Shown piece after piece: positions 62,856-64,000 of a stretch of 64,000 bases of DNA. The DNA comes from Squalus acanthias. Its lineage: Eukaryota. Position numbers and translations under genes: made by a program. Each line of letters starts with the position of its first letter. The stretch's first letter is position 1. Location: contig CM059438.1 of the NCBI GenBank assembly GCA_030390025.1, positions 71,052,001 through 71,116,000 of the forward strand, in the 5' to 3' direction. The notes under the pieces were generated by a model. The model did no database searches. It was not told where the DNA came from and was given only the letters and a program-made list of their open reading frames with translations.

Positions 62856-64000
62856 AGATGAAACAAGAATTCCAGTTTTATTTTTAAATCACTGATCAGT
62901 GTACCCTTCGCACACTGTCCCAACCACATAAAAGACTTGTAGATTAAATCGATCATTTAATTGGCAGGACACACAGGACTTCCTTCTTTCATGTAAAAGA
63001 CCCTCCCAACCTGAGAAGAGGAAAGATCCCATAGCACTCGAAGGTCTTTCCCACACAGGAAAACAAGCGTGATATCTTGTGTAAGTATAGAAAGTTGAAT
63101 TGGCTATTTGTGAATTGACTTGATGTCTGTCAATCTCAGGAGTGAAGTACTTAAATTTTGTAAAAAAAAAAGAGGAAGGTGTCACTAAATTAATGTGCAA
63201 AAGCAAACACTGATTAAAAATCTTTAATTCTGTTGGTCAAGAAAAAAAACAGACATTGCTGCCAAAAACAGAACGAAGCAGTAAATGATTAGTGTGCTCC
63301 ATCTATCTAGGTCAAGATGGTTGACTAAGTTGCTAGTGATTAAATAACATGATATTGCATTGATGTAAAACAGTCCTTGAATCAGTTTTGGATTTGGACT
63401 TAGCGTTATTTTCGAGAAACTCGAGAAATGTTTGGTCTAGGAATGGATTATGATGCATACACACGGGAGATGCAGCTACTGATAGAAATGAGTGGAATCT
63501 ACTCCTTAATGATGTTTGGTAAAAAGTCACCAAGAGAAAAGAGAATTTAAAAGGAGATTGCTGGCTCATATTATGGGAATGCCAGGCCAAGCTGCCCAAC
63601 ACAGGCCGTACGTTTTCAATGTAAAGCTTATCAGAATATATTGATTAGATGTGATTTGATTAGAGGGAGATGAAAAACAAAAGACAATTGGATTACAGTA
63701 ATATCGGCCTTTGAATCGTGGACACACTGCAGATTCATAGGAAACCGATTCCATCCGAAAAAATAAAGGGAGCATCTAAAGTGCTGTTGGTAGAAATGAA
63801 AGCTTTAACTTTCCACATTATAATCCTTTGCGTATGACCTGTAGGACCCCTAGTAAGCTTAAACACAAATTCATGGATAAATTTAATTTTGTTGATAATT
63901 ACATTGCATAATACCAGAGATCTAAATGTATTTCGATAACCAATTAAATTGTTCAGCTTTTAAAAAGCTTATTTTTTATTTCTACCAGTGTACTTCCTTC

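Noticed and set aside
59413-64000. Preceding PAPPA exon (expected CDDMN..GDGCS..C)
   Set aside because: No matching codons seen; it probably lies beyond the window end.

Overview
Eukaryotic, repeat-rich vertebrate DNA. The CR1/L2/Deu-SINE/Penelope repeat content suggests a cartilaginous fish (shark); this is inferred from recalled repeat families, not from a search. The whole window lies inside one large gene on the minus strand, PAPPA (pappalysin-1). I found five internal coding exons with GT-AG splice sites and mutually consistent phases: 59216-59412, 39020-39133, 36043-36178, 33772-33985 and 15484-15652. From memory these correspond to human exons 10-14; I could not find the flanking exons in the window. 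The rest is intron, filled with 5'-truncated CR1, L2 and Vingi LINEs, at least four SINE families (one LF-SINE-like), Penelope-like fragments carrying minimal hammerhead ribozyme motifs, several MITE families, two minisatellites and two local inverted duplications. Nearly all ORFs in the supplied track are spurious or TE-derived. I see no convincing wholly new biological system. The best leads are the hammerhead motifs (two with intact cores), the LF-SINE-like copy, a 273-bp inverted repeat, a GAG splice acceptor and CpG-rich candidate conserved enhancers. TE boundaries without a TSD are approximate.
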